From positions 12,797 to 76,796 of the forward strand of contig JANYKV010000087.1 in assembly GCA_025358055.1 (NCBI GenBank): 64,000 bases of DNA, read 5' to 3'. The notes under the pieces were generated by a model. It was not told where the DNA came from, made no database searches, and saw nothing but the letters and a program-made list of their open reading frames with translations. How positions within the stretch are numbered: position 1 is the first letter of the stretch; each line of letters opens with the position of its first letter. The stretch is from Gemmatimonadota bacterium (lineage in GTDB: Bacteria > Gemmatimonadota > Gemmatimonadetes > Gemmatimonadales > GWC2-71-9). The translations under genes and the position numbers were made by a program. Shown here one piece after another: positions 38,123 through 48,814 of the stretch.

Positions 38123-38437
38123 ATGATCAAAGTCAGCGTGATGTATCCCAACAATGCTGGCGCTCGATTTGACCATGCGTACTACCGCGACAAGCACATG
38201 CCTCTGGTGAAGGCCCGAATGGGCGACAGCTGCAAGTTCTACACGGTCGATAAGGGACTGGCAGGTGGAACTCCCGGCGCTCCAGCGACCTATGTCGGCA
38301 TGTGCCATATCTTTTGTGATTCTGTGGAGTCGTTTCAGACTGGATTCGGTCCGCATATGCAAGAGATCATGAGCGACATTCCGAAATACACCGATCTGTC
38401 GCCGGTGATTCAGATCAGCGAGGTCGTTGTGGGGTGA
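38123..38437 (+). CDS. EthD family protein
   Basis: MIKVSVMYP...FD..YY..KHMPLV...DIPKYTD..P..QISEV; AGGAG RBS. Confidence 0.92.
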   Translation: MIKVSVMYPNNAGARFDHAYYRDKHMPLVKARMGDSCKFYTVDKGLAGGTPGAPATYVGMCHIFCDSVESFQTGFGPHMQEIMSDIPKYTDLSPVIQISEVVVG

Positions 38438-38458
38438 GCCACTGCGCCGGGGAACGAA

Positions 38459-40603
38459 TTAGGGATAAAACTTCTCTCCCCGCAGCGCCATGTTCCGCAA
38501 CAGCTTCGGTGGGGCAAACCGATCCCCATACTTCTTCCCCAACGCCTTGCACTCCGCCGCGAACTCCGCCACACCCACCGTATCGACGAGCGACAAAGGC
38601 CCTCCGGTATACGGCGCGAAGCCCAAACCGAAAATGGCACCGATATCCCCCTCGGCGGCATTCGTCAGCACCTTGTCTTCCATGGCGCGAATCGTCTCGA
38701 GCGCGTGCACGTACAGGAGCCGCTTCTTGAGCACCTCGACCGAGGGCTGCTCTTTGGCCACGGGAAACCGCTCGACCAGACCGGGCCAGAGGTGCTTCTT
38801 TCCGTTCTCCGGATAGTCGTAATAGCCCTTCTTGGCCTTCCGCCCGAACCGGCCAAGTTCCACCATGACGTCGAGTACATGGTCGCCGCTAGCAGGCTTG
38901 AATTTGTCGCCAAGATCCTTCTTGGTCTGCTCCCGGATATGATAGCTCAAGTCGATCGCGACTTCGTCATGGAGCGCGAGAGGCCCCACGGGCATTCCGG
39001 CCATCCTCCCCGCGTTCTCAATGAGGGCGGGCGCGACGCCTTCGAGCAGCATCGACATGCCTTCATTGATATAGGCGCCACACACGCGGCTCAGCAAGAA
39101 GCCCCGTCCGTCGTTGACCACGATTGGAGTCTTCCGAATTTGGCGCACATAGTCGAGAGCCCGGGCCAAGGCTTCGGAGCCGGTCTTTTTGCCGACGATC
39201 ACCTCCACCAACGGCATCTTGTCGACAGGCGAGAAAAAGTGGATCCCGACGAACTGCTTCGGGCGACTGCTCGCCTCAGCTAGGCCCGTGATCGGAAGTG
39301 TCGAAGTGTTGCTGGCGAAGATCGAGCCCTTCGGCATCACCACTTCGGCCTTTGCCGTCGCATCGGCTTTGACCACCCGATCTTCGAATACCGCCTCGAT
39401 GACGAGGTCCACGCCGGCGAGATCGGCGAAATCCGTCGTCGGCCGGATTCGGCCGAGCAAGGCCTCTCCCTCCGCCGCGCTCATCTTTCCCCGACTGACC
39501 GCCTTCTCGACCAGGCCGCGGGAGTAGCCCTTCCCTTTTTCCGCTGCGGGCAAATCGCGATCCAACAAGACGACCTCGATGCCCGCCGCGGCCGAGACGT
39601 ACGCGATACCAGATCCCATCATCCCCGCACCGAGCAAGCCCAACTTCCCGACCTTGGAGGGTGGGACGTCAACCGGACGACGACTGAGCTTGTCGGCGGC
39701 GCCCTTATTGATGAATAAGGTGCGGATCATGTTCCGCGCCTCGGGCGACCTGATGAGAGTCGTGAAGTACTTGGACTCGATTCGGAGTCCGACGTCGATC
39801 GGCACCTGGCATCCCTCGTAGACGCACGAGAGAATCGCCTTGGGCGCGGGATAGTTGTAGTAGGTCTTCTGCTGCACCATCGCGCTCGCGCCCATCAACA
39901 CCTGCGAGGCCGATGCGCCCAACAGTCCCGTTTGGATCGGCGCCTTGAAACCCTTCTTGTCCCACGGCGCGACCGGGTCGCCGGCCGTCAGCAGCCAAGC
40001 CTTCGCGGCCGAGAGAAGTTGCTCCGCCGGCACCACCTGGTTCACGAGGCCCAATTTCAACGCCTCCCGGGGCGAGATTCCGTTGCCTTCAACCAGGAGC
40101 ATGAGCGCGGGTTGAAGTCCGATCAGGCGCGGGAGCCGTTGCGTGCCACCGGCACCGGGCAAGAGCCCGATTTTTACTTCAGGGAGGCCGAGTTGAATGC
40201 GCGGGTCGTCGGCCACTACGCGGTAGTGGCAGGCCAACGCGGTTTCGAGCCCGCCTCCCATGGCGGTTCCGTTGAGCGCCGCGACCACCGGTTTCCCGCA
40301 GGTTTCGAGGCGCCGGAGCAATCGGTTGGCGCCGGCGCATCGCTCGTACATGGCCGCCACGTCCTGACCCATCTGTCTCATCATCTGATCGAGCATCTTG
40401 ATGTCGGCCCCAGCCAAAAAGACCGGCTTGCCCGACGTAATGATCACGCCCTTGAGGGTAGTACTTCCGGCGGCTTCGGTGATCAGTACGTCGAGCCGGG
40501 CGAAAAACTCGGGTGTGAAGACGTTCATGGACCGATCAGGTATATCGATCGTCCAAGTCGCGATGTGGTCGGAGTCGATGGAAGTACGAATCGTTTCGGT
40601 CAT
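38459..40603 (-). CDS. Multifunctional enoyl-CoA hydratase/3-hydroxyacyl-CoA dehydrogenase (FadB/FadJ type)
   Basis: AGAD, GGGLE, PEVKIGLLPGAGGTQRLPR, GAGMMG, EAVFE, SNTSTL, HFFSPV. Confidence 0.93.
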   Translation of the reverse strand: MTETIRTSIDSDHIATWTIDIPDRSMNVFTPEFFARLDVLITEAAGSTTLKGVIITSGKPVFLAGADIKMLDQMMRQMGQDVAAMYERCAGANRLLRRLETCGKPVVAALNGTAMGGGLETALACHYRVVADDPRIQLGLPEVKIGLLPGAGGTQRLPRLIGLQPALMLLVEGNGISPREALKLGLVNQVVPAEQLLSAAKAWLLTAGDPVAPWDKKGFKAPIQTGLLGASASQVLMGASAMVQQKTYYNYPAPKAILSCVYEGCQVPIDVGLRIESKYFTTLIRSPEARNMIRTLFINKGAADKLSRRPVDVPPSKVGKLGLLGAGMMGSGIAYVSAAAGIEVVLLDRDLPAAEKGKGYSRGLVEKAVSRGKMSAAEGEALLGRIRPTTDFADLAGVDLVIEAVFEDRVVKADATAKAEVVMPKGSIFASNTSTLPITGLAEASSRPKQFVGIHFFSPVDKMPLVEVIVGKKTGSEALARALDYVRQIRKTPIVVNDGRGFLLSRVCGAYINEGMSMLLEGVAPALIENAGRMAGMPVGPLALHDEVAIDLSYHIREQTKKDLGDKFKPASGDHVLDVMVELGRFGRKAKKGYYDYPENGKKHLWPGLVERFPVAKEQPSVEVLKKRLLYVHALETIRAMEDKVLTNAAEGDIGAIFGLGFAPYTGGPLSLVDTVGVAEFAAECKALGKKYGDRFAPPKLLRNMALRGEKFYP

Positions 40604-40666
40604 GAGTAGTCAGCTTCCGGTTGAGAATCGATAACAATGAGCGGCAGCCTGATTCGGCGTTCCGCC

Positions 40667-41875
40667 TTAGACGCGCTCGATGATCGTCGCGATGCCCATC
40701 CCCCCGCCAATGCACAACGTGGCAAGGCCGGTGGCCAAGTTGCGGCGTTCGAGCTCGTCGACCAGGATGCCCAAAATGATGGCACCCGTCGCCCCGATCG
40801 GGTGGCCCATCGCGATGGCGCCGCCGTTGACGTTGACCTTGTCGTGCGGGACCGACAACACCTCCATGTACCGGAGCACGACGACGGCAAATGCCTCGTT
40901 GAGTTCGAAGAGATCGATGTCCGCGACGTTCATCCTTGCGCGCTTGAGCGCTTTCTGGGATGCATAACTCGGCCCGGTCAGCATAATGGTCGGATCGGTA
41001 CCGTAGGTCGCGAACGCCACGATCCGGGCGCGGGGTTTGAGATTTAGTTTCTTCGCGATGCGTTGGTTACCGACCAGCACCGCGCCCGCCCCGTCGACAA
41101 TTCCACTCGAGTTCCCGGCATGGTGGACGTGGTTGATTCGCTCCACCTGGGGATACCGTTGCATCGCCACACTGTCAAAACCAAACTTCTCGCCCATTTC
41201 CACAAACGAGGGCTCGAGCGCGGCGAGGCTCTCCAGCGTAGTATCCGGCCGGAGGAACTCATCCCGTTCGAGCACCGGGAGGCCGATCACATCCTTCACC
41301 GGCACGACGGAACGGGCAAAATGGCCGTTCGCCCAAGCAAAGGCGGCGCGGCGTTGGCTTTCGACCGCGTAGCGGTCCACATCGGTCCGAGAATGTCCGT
41401 ACAACGTTGCCATCAGGTCGGCCGAAATACCCTGCGGGATGAAATGCGTGTGGAAGGCCAGTTGTGGATCGGTGAACCAAGCTCCCCCGGCGCCTCCCAG
41501 CGGCACCCGCGACATGGCCTCCACACCACCACCAATCGTCAACTCGGCCTGACCGGCCATGACTTGAGCCGCAGCGGTATTCACCGCCTCCAGGCCGGAC
41601 CCACAGAAACGATCGAGCTGTTTACCCGTCACGGTTTCGGCGTAACCCGCTTCGAGAACGGCGAATCGTGCGATGTCGCTCCCCTGTTCCCCGACCGGCG
41701 CGCCACAGCCCAGGACCACGTCGTCCACGAAGCTGGTGTCCAGCTCATTGCGATCGCGCAACGCCACCAGCACTTGGGTAATGAGCTGAACGGGCGTGAT
41801 CTCGTGGAGGCTGCCGTTGGACTTGCCGCGCCCTCGCGGGGTGCGCACATGATCGAAAATGAATGCATCAGGCAC
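40667..41875 (-). CDS. Acetyl-CoA acyltransferase (thiolase)
   Basis: RFCGSG, NEAF, GHPIGATG, LCIGGGMG; GTG 41875 with GGGAG RBS. Confidence 0.93.
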   Translation of the reverse strand: MPDAFIFDHVRTPRGRGKSNGSLHEITPVQLITQVLVALRDRNELDTSFVDDVVLGCGAPVGEQGSDIARFAVLEAGYAETVTGKQLDRFCGSGLEAVNTAAAQVMAGQAELTIGGGVEAMSRVPLGGAGGAWFTDPQLAFHTHFIPQGISADLMATLYGHSRTDVDRYAVESQRRAAFAWANGHFARSVVPVKDVIGLPVLERDEFLRPDTTLESLAALEPSFVEMGEKFGFDSVAMQRYPQVERINHVHHAGNSSGIVDGAGAVLVGNQRIAKKLNLKPRARIVAFATYGTDPTIMLTGPSYASQKALKRARMNVADIDLFELNEAFAVVVLRYMEVLSVPHDKVNVNGGAIAMGHPIGATGAIILGILVDELERRNLATGLATLCIGGGMGIATIIERV

Positions 41876-41917
41876 GATGAACTCCCGAAGATGAATGGCC
41901 AATGGAACGTGTGGGCA

Positions 41918-43789
41918 TCAAGCCCACACGACTTCGTGTCGAATCGCGTATGGCCCCAAAACCTCCGCGACCGTGGCGGCGAGCGCCTCTCGCCGGTCCG
42001 GCTTGGCTCCCGACATGGTGACGGTGGCCAACGTACCATGAAGCGAGTGCGGTTTGACCGCGACCGATACGTCGAGCCCAGGCGTTCGCAATGTTGCTAG
42101 AGCTTCCCGGTACACCCGTTCCACGATATCCTCGCGAAGAGGGGGTTTGAAGATCTTGCCCACGGCCGTCATGGGCATTCGGTCCAAGATGAACACATCG
42201 GCGGGAGCCGCCGGGCGTTCGGCGACCTCCGCACGGGCGAACTCCCGCAACTCATCCGCCGTCGCGGCCGCCCCCGGCCGCAGTGTCACATACGCCACAG
42301 GCACCTCTCCCGCCCGCGCATCCGGCTTCCCGACCGCGGCGGCCAAAGCCACCGCCGGGTGTCGATGCAGCGCCTCCTCCACTATTGCGGGGTCGATATT
42401 GTGTCCGCCTCGGATGATGAGGTCCTTTGCGCGCCCGGTCAGCCAAAAATAGCCTTGCGCATCCACCCGTCCCAGGTCGCCCGTGTTAAACCAGCCATTC
42501 CCGGCCCACGCCTTTTCATTGTGCCGCTCGTGAAAATACCCCGGGGTGACGTGCGGTCCCTTGAGGAGAACAACGCCAATCTCACCCACAACGCAATCCC
42601 GTACCTGTTTCCCGTCGGGATCCAGCACCGCCACTTTCATCTCGGTGTACGGAGCGCGAAACCCGATGGATCCGATCCGTCGCTCCCCATCATGCGGGTT
42701 GGCGGAACTGAGGCACGTCCCCTCGGTCATGCCATACCCTTCGATGATCTTGATTCCAGTGCGTTCTTCGAATGCCTGAAACAGCGCCACCGGCATCGGC
42801 GCGGCGCCGCAGCCACCAAATTCGAGGGAGCTCACGTCGGCGCCATTCAGCGGCACCTGCAACAGGGCGGCGTAGAGCGTGGGTACCCCGGAGAATCGGG
42901 CGACCTTGAACCGCTCGATCAATTTCCAGAAGTCGCCCACAGTTTCCGGATTGCGGAAGCCCAGCGGGCCCGCGATGATCGTGTGGCTCGCGGTCGAGAA
43001 CGGCCCCAGGCCCGAGACAATGATCGCGTTGACGTGAAACAGCGGAAGTCCGACGAGCGTGCCCTTGCCCGGCTCCATGCGGCTGTATTCACCGAGCAGC
43101 CACGACTCGAATACTTCCATTGCGTGCGTGTGACGAACCAACTTCGGCAGGCCGGTGGTTCCCCCGGTGTGGAAGAACGCGGCGACGTCGTCCGGCGCAA
43201 TCATTCGGCCGCTGATGAGGTGGTCATCGGACTGGGCATTGATCAGGTCATAGAAATCGAGGGCGCCCAAGGGCAAGACGCCACCATGGCGCAGGACCAC
43301 GACCTGCTCGATTTCCGGAACGAGAGCACGCACGGCTTGCGCCTTTTCCCAGAGATCGAAGCCCAGTGTCGGCCCCAGGGTGACCAATACCCGGCTCCCG
43401 GCGGAGCGAACAATCTCGGCCATTTGCTCGGCGCCGAGAAAGTAGTTCACCGCGTTGACCACACCGGCGGCTTGACCACCCCAGATCGTGTAGTGCGTCT
43501 CGGGGAAATTGGGCAGGAAGTAGGTCACCGGTGCGTCGAGCCGGACGCCCAGAGAATGAAATGCGTTCGCAGTTTGGGTGACCCGGCGGAACAGCTCGCG
43601 ATACGTGATCTGGATCGGGGTGTCGGTGACCCGTCCGGTGGGTAGAAATGTGATCGCGAGCGCGTTCGGATGTTGTCCGGCGACATTCCGCAGCAACTCG
43701 TAGGTCGACCGCGCGGGTTGGCGCTCGTTGAATGGTGTTTTTTCGATCGCGTGGATATCGTCTAACGTCGCGATCCGGGGGTGGCTCAT
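41918..43789 (-). CDS. Acyl-CoA synthetase (AMP-binding)
   Basis: HTGGTTGLPK, EGYGMTE, TGD, GRAKDLIIRGG, TAVGKI. Confidence 0.92.
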   Translation of the reverse strand: MSHPRIATLDDIHAIEKTPFNERQPARSTYELLRNVAGQHPNALAITFLPTGRVTDTPIQITYRELFRRVTQTANAFHSLGVRLDAPVTYFLPNFPETHYTIWGGQAAGVVNAVNYFLGAEQMAEIVRSAGSRVLVTLGPTLGFDLWEKAQAVRALVPEIEQVVVLRHGGVLPLGALDFYDLINAQSDDHLISGRMIAPDDVAAFFHTGGTTGLPKLVRHTHAMEVFESWLLGEYSRMEPGKGTLVGLPLFHVNAIIVSGLGPFSTASHTIIAGPLGFRNPETVGDFWKLIERFKVARFSGVPTLYAALLQVPLNGADVSSLEFGGCGAAPMPVALFQAFEERTGIKIIEGYGMTEGTCLSSANPHDGERRIGSIGFRAPYTEMKVAVLDPDGKQVRDCVVGEIGVVLLKGPHVTPGYFHERHNEKAWAGNGWFNTGDLGRVDAQGYFWLTGRAKDLIIRGGHNIDPAIVEEALHRHPAVALAAAVGKPDARAGEVPVAYVTLRPGAAATADELREFARAEVAERPAAPADVFILDRMPMTAVGKIFKPPLREDIVERVYREALATLRTPGLDVSVAVKPHSLHGTLATVTMSGAKPDRREALAATVAEVLGPYAIRHEVVWA

Positions 43790-44973
43790 CAGGCGACTTC
43801 AAACAGGCCGGCCGCACCCATCCCACCACCGACGCACATGGTGACGACGACGTACTTGACGCCACGTCGCTTGCCTTCGATCAGGGCGTGGCCCACCAAA
43901 CGCGCGCCGCTCATGCCATACGGATGCCCGATGGAAATCGCGCCGCCGTCGACGTTGAGGAGTTCATTCGGGATGCCGAGCCGGTCGCGACAATAGAGCA
44001 CCTGAACCGCGAAGGCCTCGTTCAATTCCCAGAGCCCGATGTCGCCCATCCGAAGACCGTTGCGCTGGAGCAGCTTTGGAACGGCGAACACGGGCCCGAT
44101 GCCCATCTCATCGGGCTCGCACCCCGCGACGACCAGCCCGCGGTAGACGCCGAGGGGGGTAAGGCCACGCTGCTCGGCAAGTTTGCGGTCCATCACCACA
44201 CACGCCGACGCTCCATCCGAGAGTTGACTCGCGTTACCTGCGGTGATCGTCAACTCCGGCGCGATGACCGGCTTGAGCTTCGACAGCCCCTCGAGCGTGG
44301 TGTCGGGTCGATTCCCCTCGTCCTTGGTGAGGGTCACCGCCCTCGGGGAGATCGCCTTGGTCTCCTTGTCTTCCACCATCATTGTGGTGGGCATCGGCGC
44401 GATCTCCTGGTCGAAGCGTCCAGCCGCTTGCGCCGTGGCGGTACGTTGCTGACTCTGGAAGGCGAACGCATCCTGGCCTTCGCGACCGATTCCATAGCGC
44501 TTCGCGACGACCTCGGCGGTCTGCAACATGGCAAAATAGATTTCCGGCTTATGCTCGGTGAGCCACGCGTCCTGGTACCGATGTCGATTGGCATGCTCGT
44601 TTTGGACCAGGGAGATCGACTCGAGCCCACCGGCCACCATGATGGGCACGTTGTCGACGAGTACCCGTTGGGCCGCGAATGCGATCGCTTGCATTCCCGA
44701 GGAGCAGAATCGGTTGAGGGTGATGCCGCCAACGGTCACCGGGAGCCCAGCCCGGATCACGGCTTGGCGGGCGATGTTTCCGCCGGTTGCGCCTTCCGGC
44801 AGCCCGCAACCGAGAATGACGTCCTCGACTTCGCCGGGATCGATCCGCGCCCGTTCGACGGCGTGTTGAATCACGTGCGCGCCGAGCGCGGCGCCGTGAG
44901 TGTCGTTGAACGCACCACGGTACGCCCTCCCGATGGGTGTTCGGGCGGTGGAGACGATGACGGCTTCTTTCAT
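43789..44973 (-). CDS. Acetyl-CoA C-acyltransferase (PimB-like thiolase)
   Basis: [39 protein letters not shown]. Confidence 0.92.
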   Translation of the reverse strand: MKEAVIVSTARTPIGRAYRGAFNDTHGAALGAHVIQHAVERARIDPGEVEDVILGCGLPEGATGGNIARQAVIRAGLPVTVGGITLNRFCSSGMQAIAFAAQRVLVDNVPIMVAGGLESISLVQNEHANRHRYQDAWLTEHKPEIYFAMLQTAEVVAKRYGIGREGQDAFAFQSQQRTATAQAAGRFDQEIAPMPTTMMVEDKETKAISPRAVTLTKDEGNRPDTTLEGLSKLKPVIAPELTITAGNASQLSDGASACVVMDRKLAEQRGLTPLGVYRGLVVAGCEPDEMGIGPVFAVPKLLQRNGLRMGDIGLWELNEAFAVQVLYCRDRLGIPNELLNVDGGAISIGHPYGMSGARLVGHALIEGKRRGVKYVVVTMCVGGGMGAAGLFEVA

Positions 44974-45205
44974 GGGATCGGCGTTCCTGAAAAGGATTTT
45001 GTGTACAGTAACCCACGCCGCAACGTTCCGCGAGTGCCACCGCGCCACCGCCCAGGACGGCGAGCCCACGCCACGGGATTCAAGGAGCCGGTCGCGGCGC
45101 AGAACCCCAAGTTGTGGCGAGCCCGAACGATCCGTATCTTCCATCAACGTCCGGCCACCGGCCGAATGGCGTGAAGCACCTCCACCGCACGGGTCAGGAC
45201 ACTCC

Positions 45206-46753
45206 TTGCTCCCCAAGCCGCCGTTTGCATGGGATTTGAGCCTCGCCGACGAACTGGTCGCTTTCGAGCGCCTGAAACCTCGATTGGTCGACGTGTGGGA
45301 TCGATTGATGTCCCACGGCGAGGAGGCCTACAGTTCGGTGGTGGTGCCGTCCCTCACCCTGGACCAGGAGGAGCTGCGGAAGCTCGATGGCGCGAGCTTT
45401 TATGAAGAACGCTTGCTGTTTCTTCTTATCCGTTTGCGCAACCCGCGCGCTCAGATGGTCTATGTCACGTCACAGCCGGTCCATCCACTCATTCTCGAGT
45501 ACTACCTTCAGCTGCTGGTCGGCGTCCCGGCGAGTCACGCCCGAACGCGGCTGACGATGCTGTGCGCCTACGACGCTTCGCCGCGCTCCCTGACGGAGAA
45601 AATTCTCGAACGGCCCCGTTTGGTCGAGCGAATTCGGTGGGCCATCCGGGATCCGAGCTCAGCGTACCTCACGGTATTCAACGCCACTCCCCTCGAACGA
45701 AAGCTCGCGGTGTTGCTGGGCATTCCGCTGAATGGAGCCGACCCGGCGCTCAGTCATCTCGGCACGAAAACCGGGAGTCGGCGCATTTTCCGGGAAGCTG
45801 GGGTCGATTTTCCCGCGGGATTCGAAGATCTCCGCGATGAACAGGATACAGTGGATGGGATCCTCCGTCTCAAGTCCGAGCGGCCGTCCCTCCGGTGCGC
45901 CGTAGTGAAGCTCAACGAGAGTTTCTCGGGGGAAGGCAACGCCCTCGTGCGGATGCCTGAGGAGGTGAACCGCGCGGCGGTGGGGAAGGCCCTCGAGGGG
46001 ATGGAGTTCGTTGCCGCGACCGAGAACCGGGAAACGTTCTTTGCCAAATTCGAACGTATGGGTGGTATCGTCGAGGAATTCATTGAGGCAAAGGAAAAGC
46101 TATCTCCGAGCGCTCAGCTGCGGACCGACCCGCACGGCGGCGTCCTACCCATTTCCACCCATGACCAGATCCTCGGCGGTGAGTCGGGACAGGTGTTTCT
46201 GGGTTGCCGCTTTCCGGCGAGCGAAGACTACCGGATGCAGATCCAGGACGCGGGCATGAAAGTGGGCGAAGTCTTGGCGAGGAACGGAGTGATCAGCCGT
46301 TTCGGCGTCGATTTTCTGACGTGGCGCAACGGTCCCAACGAGCCGTGGCGGGTGACGGCGATCGAAATCAATCTCCGGATGGGCGGAACGACTCACCCCT
46401 TCCTGGCCCTCAGGTTCCTCACCGGCGGGCAACTCGATTCGGGCACAGGACAGTTTTTGAACGTGAGCGGGCGGCCCAAATTCTATCGCGCTACCGACAA
46501 TCTTCGCTCGCAGCGATACAAGGGCCTCCTCCCGGAAGACCTCATCGATATTCTGACCTACAACAAGCTGCACTACAGCGATAGGACCGAATCGGGAGTC
46601 CTCTTTCACCTCATCGGAGCGATTTCCGAATTCGGCAAATTGGGCCTGACGGCGATTGCAAACAGCCCCGAGGAGAGTGAATCGTTGTACAACAAGGTGC
46701 TCGAGGTCTTGGATACGGAGACGGACTACAGAAAGGGAGGCAGCAACGGGTAA
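45206..46753 (+). CDS. PGM1-related ATP-grasp peptide ligase
   Basis: YEERLLF..RL..P...[53 protein letters not shown] and a PGM1_C-like tail; TTG 45206 start inferred. Confidence 0.8.
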   Translation: MLPKPPFAWDLSLADELVAFERLKPRLVDVWDRLMSHGEEAYSSVVVPSLTLDQEELRKLDGASFYEERLLFLLIRLRNPRAQMVYVTSQPVHPLILEYYLQLLVGVPASHARTRLTMLCAYDASPRSLTEKILERPRLVERIRWAIRDPSSAYLTVFNATPLERKLAVLLGIPLNGADPALSHLGTKTGSRRIFREAGVDFPAGFEDLRDEQDTVDGILRLKSERPSLRCAVVKLNESFSGEGNALVRMPEEVNRAAVGKALEGMEFVAATENRETFFAKFERMGGIVEEFIEAKEKLSPSAQLRTDPHGGVLPISTHDQILGGESGQVFLGCRFPASEDYRMQIQDAGMKVGEVLARNGVISRFGVDFLTWRNGPNEPWRVTAIEINLRMGGTTHPFLALRFLTGGQLDSGTGQFLNVSGRPKFYRATDNLRSQRYKGLLPEDLIDILTYNKLHYSDRTESGVLFHLIGAISEFGKLGLTAIANSPEESESLYNKVLEVLDTETDYRKGGSNG

Positions 46754-46810
46754 GGAGGGAGGAGGGCTATTCCGCGTTTTCCCGTCGCTGCTTTTCTCGC
46801 GACGCGCCTC

Positions 46811-47869
46811 TCAACGACCAGGCCGAGCTTTTGCTGCGACAGCAGGTCGCTCTCTTTGGCGCGCTCGGTAGAAGAGGAACGCCAGTCCGAAACAAAAACA
46901 AGTGAAGAAGAACCAGAGAAAAACAATCACCACCTGGACTCCGCCCGGAGTGTTGGTGGCGACATCGAGGGGCTCCGCTCGGTTCACAAAGATGGTCATG
47001 CGCCCCACTCGCGCCGCGTTGGCCGCGCGCCGAGCCTCAGCATAGTAGTCGATTGTGGACCAGGACTGGGCCAGCGGGGAATGGAAGGTGGTGTCGTTGA
47101 ACGCGTATGAAAGCCAGTACCGAGGGCTGTACGTGGTGGAGTTTTTGGTCGACGCGCGCACGACATCCGCGCTATCCACCTTGGCCTCGAGCTTGCGCCA
47201 TGCGCTTTGCTGATGGGACCGCGAGTAGAAAGCGTAGGATCCGACGCAAAGGAACACTACGCCGAGGCTCGCACCAATCCAAATGCCAAGCGTGGGAGGG
47301 AGTGGAAAAGATGCGGCGGCGGATTGATCCATTCCGAGGCGACGGCCAAACCAATAGAACAAGGCCGAGAACGCGAGAAAGACCAGGCTGATCCCGCCGA
47401 GGATGAGCGGCACCAGAAAAAACCTGCCATTCCACCCAGCATCAAATTTGAGATCGTCCGGATTTTGCGGGTTGACCAGAGCGGAGATGACACCGCTTCG
47501 CCGCGTGGACTGCAACGCACGCCACCGAGATCGGTAGTCGCCCCGGAGGATCGACGGGGTCGTCACCAGCGTGTGCTCGATGCCGTGCCAGGGGAACCGC
47601 AACCAATAGCGGATGGTGTAGACATCCTCCCTGATCCGCTGCGGCGTGACGATCATGCCGCTGTCCACCTGCGCCGTCACAATGGGCCACGAGCGCAACT
47701 GCTCCCGCTTCTTCGCTGTTTGCTTCCCGGCCCAGACCGCGAGCCCAAGACCGATCAGGCCCATCGCCAGCGCGGCCTGCCCCCAGTTGGGTTGGAAATG
47801 CCCGCGCCAGCCGAAGGTCCTCAAGCCGCCCGATTTTCTATCCCGAGGGTTTCGCGATCTCATCACCAC
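46811..47869 (-). CDS. Tandem DUF3592-like membrane protein
   Basis: Two repeats of TM-W...A.VDS...YWL...VN..P-TM. Confidence 0.7.
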   Translation of the reverse strand: MVMRSRNPRDRKSGGLRTFGWRGHFQPNWGQAALAMGLIGLGLAVWAGKQTAKKREQLRSWPIVTAQVDSGMIVTPQRIREDVYTIRYWLRFPWHGIEHTLVTTPSILRGDYRSRWRALQSTRRSGVISALVNPQNPDDLKFDAGWNGRFFLVPLILGGISLVFLAFSALFYWFGRRLGMDQSAAASFPLPPTLGIWIGASLGVVFLCVGSYAFYSRSHQQSAWRKLEAKVDSADVVRASTKNSTTYSPRYWLSYAFNDTTFHSPLAQSWSTIDYYAEARRAANAARVGRMTIFVNRAEPLDVATNTPGGVQVVIVFLWFFFTCFCFGLAFLFYRARQRERPAVAAKARPGR

Positions 47870-48016
47870 CTCGTCATGAGGAGTGCTTGAGTGGCTCCGG
47901 GGTCCTCCCGGGTCGCTCGGCGCACGACTTCGCGCCGCACGGGATCGTCACTTCGATGCGCTCACCGAACGGCCGCGTTCCGGGGATAGTGGGTGGAAGC
48001 TTTCCGCTGATCGGCC

Positions 48017-48814
48017 CTACCCAATCGCGCGCTTCTCAAAACTCCGCATGCCGAGCGTGAGAAACAGCGTTGTAAGGAGTGCCAACGCTCCAGTCACATA
48101 ACGGAGCGGCATATGCGGGAGATCCGGAGTGAGCGCGCCCCTCATTCCCTCCGCCACATACACCAACGGATTGATCAGCACCGCGTATTTCATGACCGGG
48201 ACGGCATCCAGTCCCCGCCAGGGATAATACGCGCACCCGAAGAAGATCATCGGGGCGATGATCACCCCGAACATCAGCCCGATCTGTTGCGGGCTAATCA
48301 TGGTGCCGAGCAGGAGCCCCAGGGCAGAAAATGAGGCGGAGCCCAGCACGATTACCAGGAAGACCGTGCCAAAATGCTGGATCGACAAGGACTCGATCGG
48401 TCCCATGATAAGACGCGCGATCGGCAGCACGAAAAGCGCGGCGATAAACCCTTGCAACACCCCTGCGACCACTTTCTCAATGGCAATGAGGTACACCGGG
48501 ACCGGCGCGAGGAGTCGATCTTCGATTTCGCGGGTCCACCCAAAATCCGTCACCATTGGCAGCGCCACGGACTGGATGCTGGACAGCGCGAGACTAATAC
48601 CAAGGATACCGGGCAACAGCGCCGACGTGTAGCCTTTTTGCACGAAGCCCATGCGGGGCAGGAGGTAGCCAAACACCACCACGAACAGAATCGGCTGCAA
48701 GGTAGTGCGGACCAGGAAGGCCGCGAGTTCTCTCCGCGCGACGTGAATGTCTCGACGCAGGAGCGCCAAGAACACCCGGCCTGGGGCAACCACGTCCGGG
48801 GACGCCGCGGTCAT
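48017..48814 (-). CDS. ABC-2 type transporter permease
   Basis: LLPG, EIEDRLLAPV, NPLVYVAEGMR; six TM segments. Confidence 0.88.
   Translation of the reverse strand: MTAASPDVVAPGRVFLALLRRDIHVARRELAAFLVRTTLQPILFVVVFGYLLPRMGFVQKGYTSALLPGILGISLALSSIQSVALPMVTDFGWTREIEDRLLAPVPVYLIAIEKVVAGVLQGFIAALFVLPIARLIMGPIESLSIQHFGTVFLVIVLGSASFSALGLLLGTMISPQQIGLMFGVIIAPMIFFGCAYYPWRGLDAVPVMKYAVLINPLVYVAEGMRGALTPDLPHMPLRYVTGALALLTTLFLTLGMRSFEKRAIG

Noticed and set aside
45001-45174. Precursor peptide for the PGM1-like ligase
   Set aside because: It is only the tail of a shadow frame antisense to the thiolase, with no RBS or core-peptide pattern.
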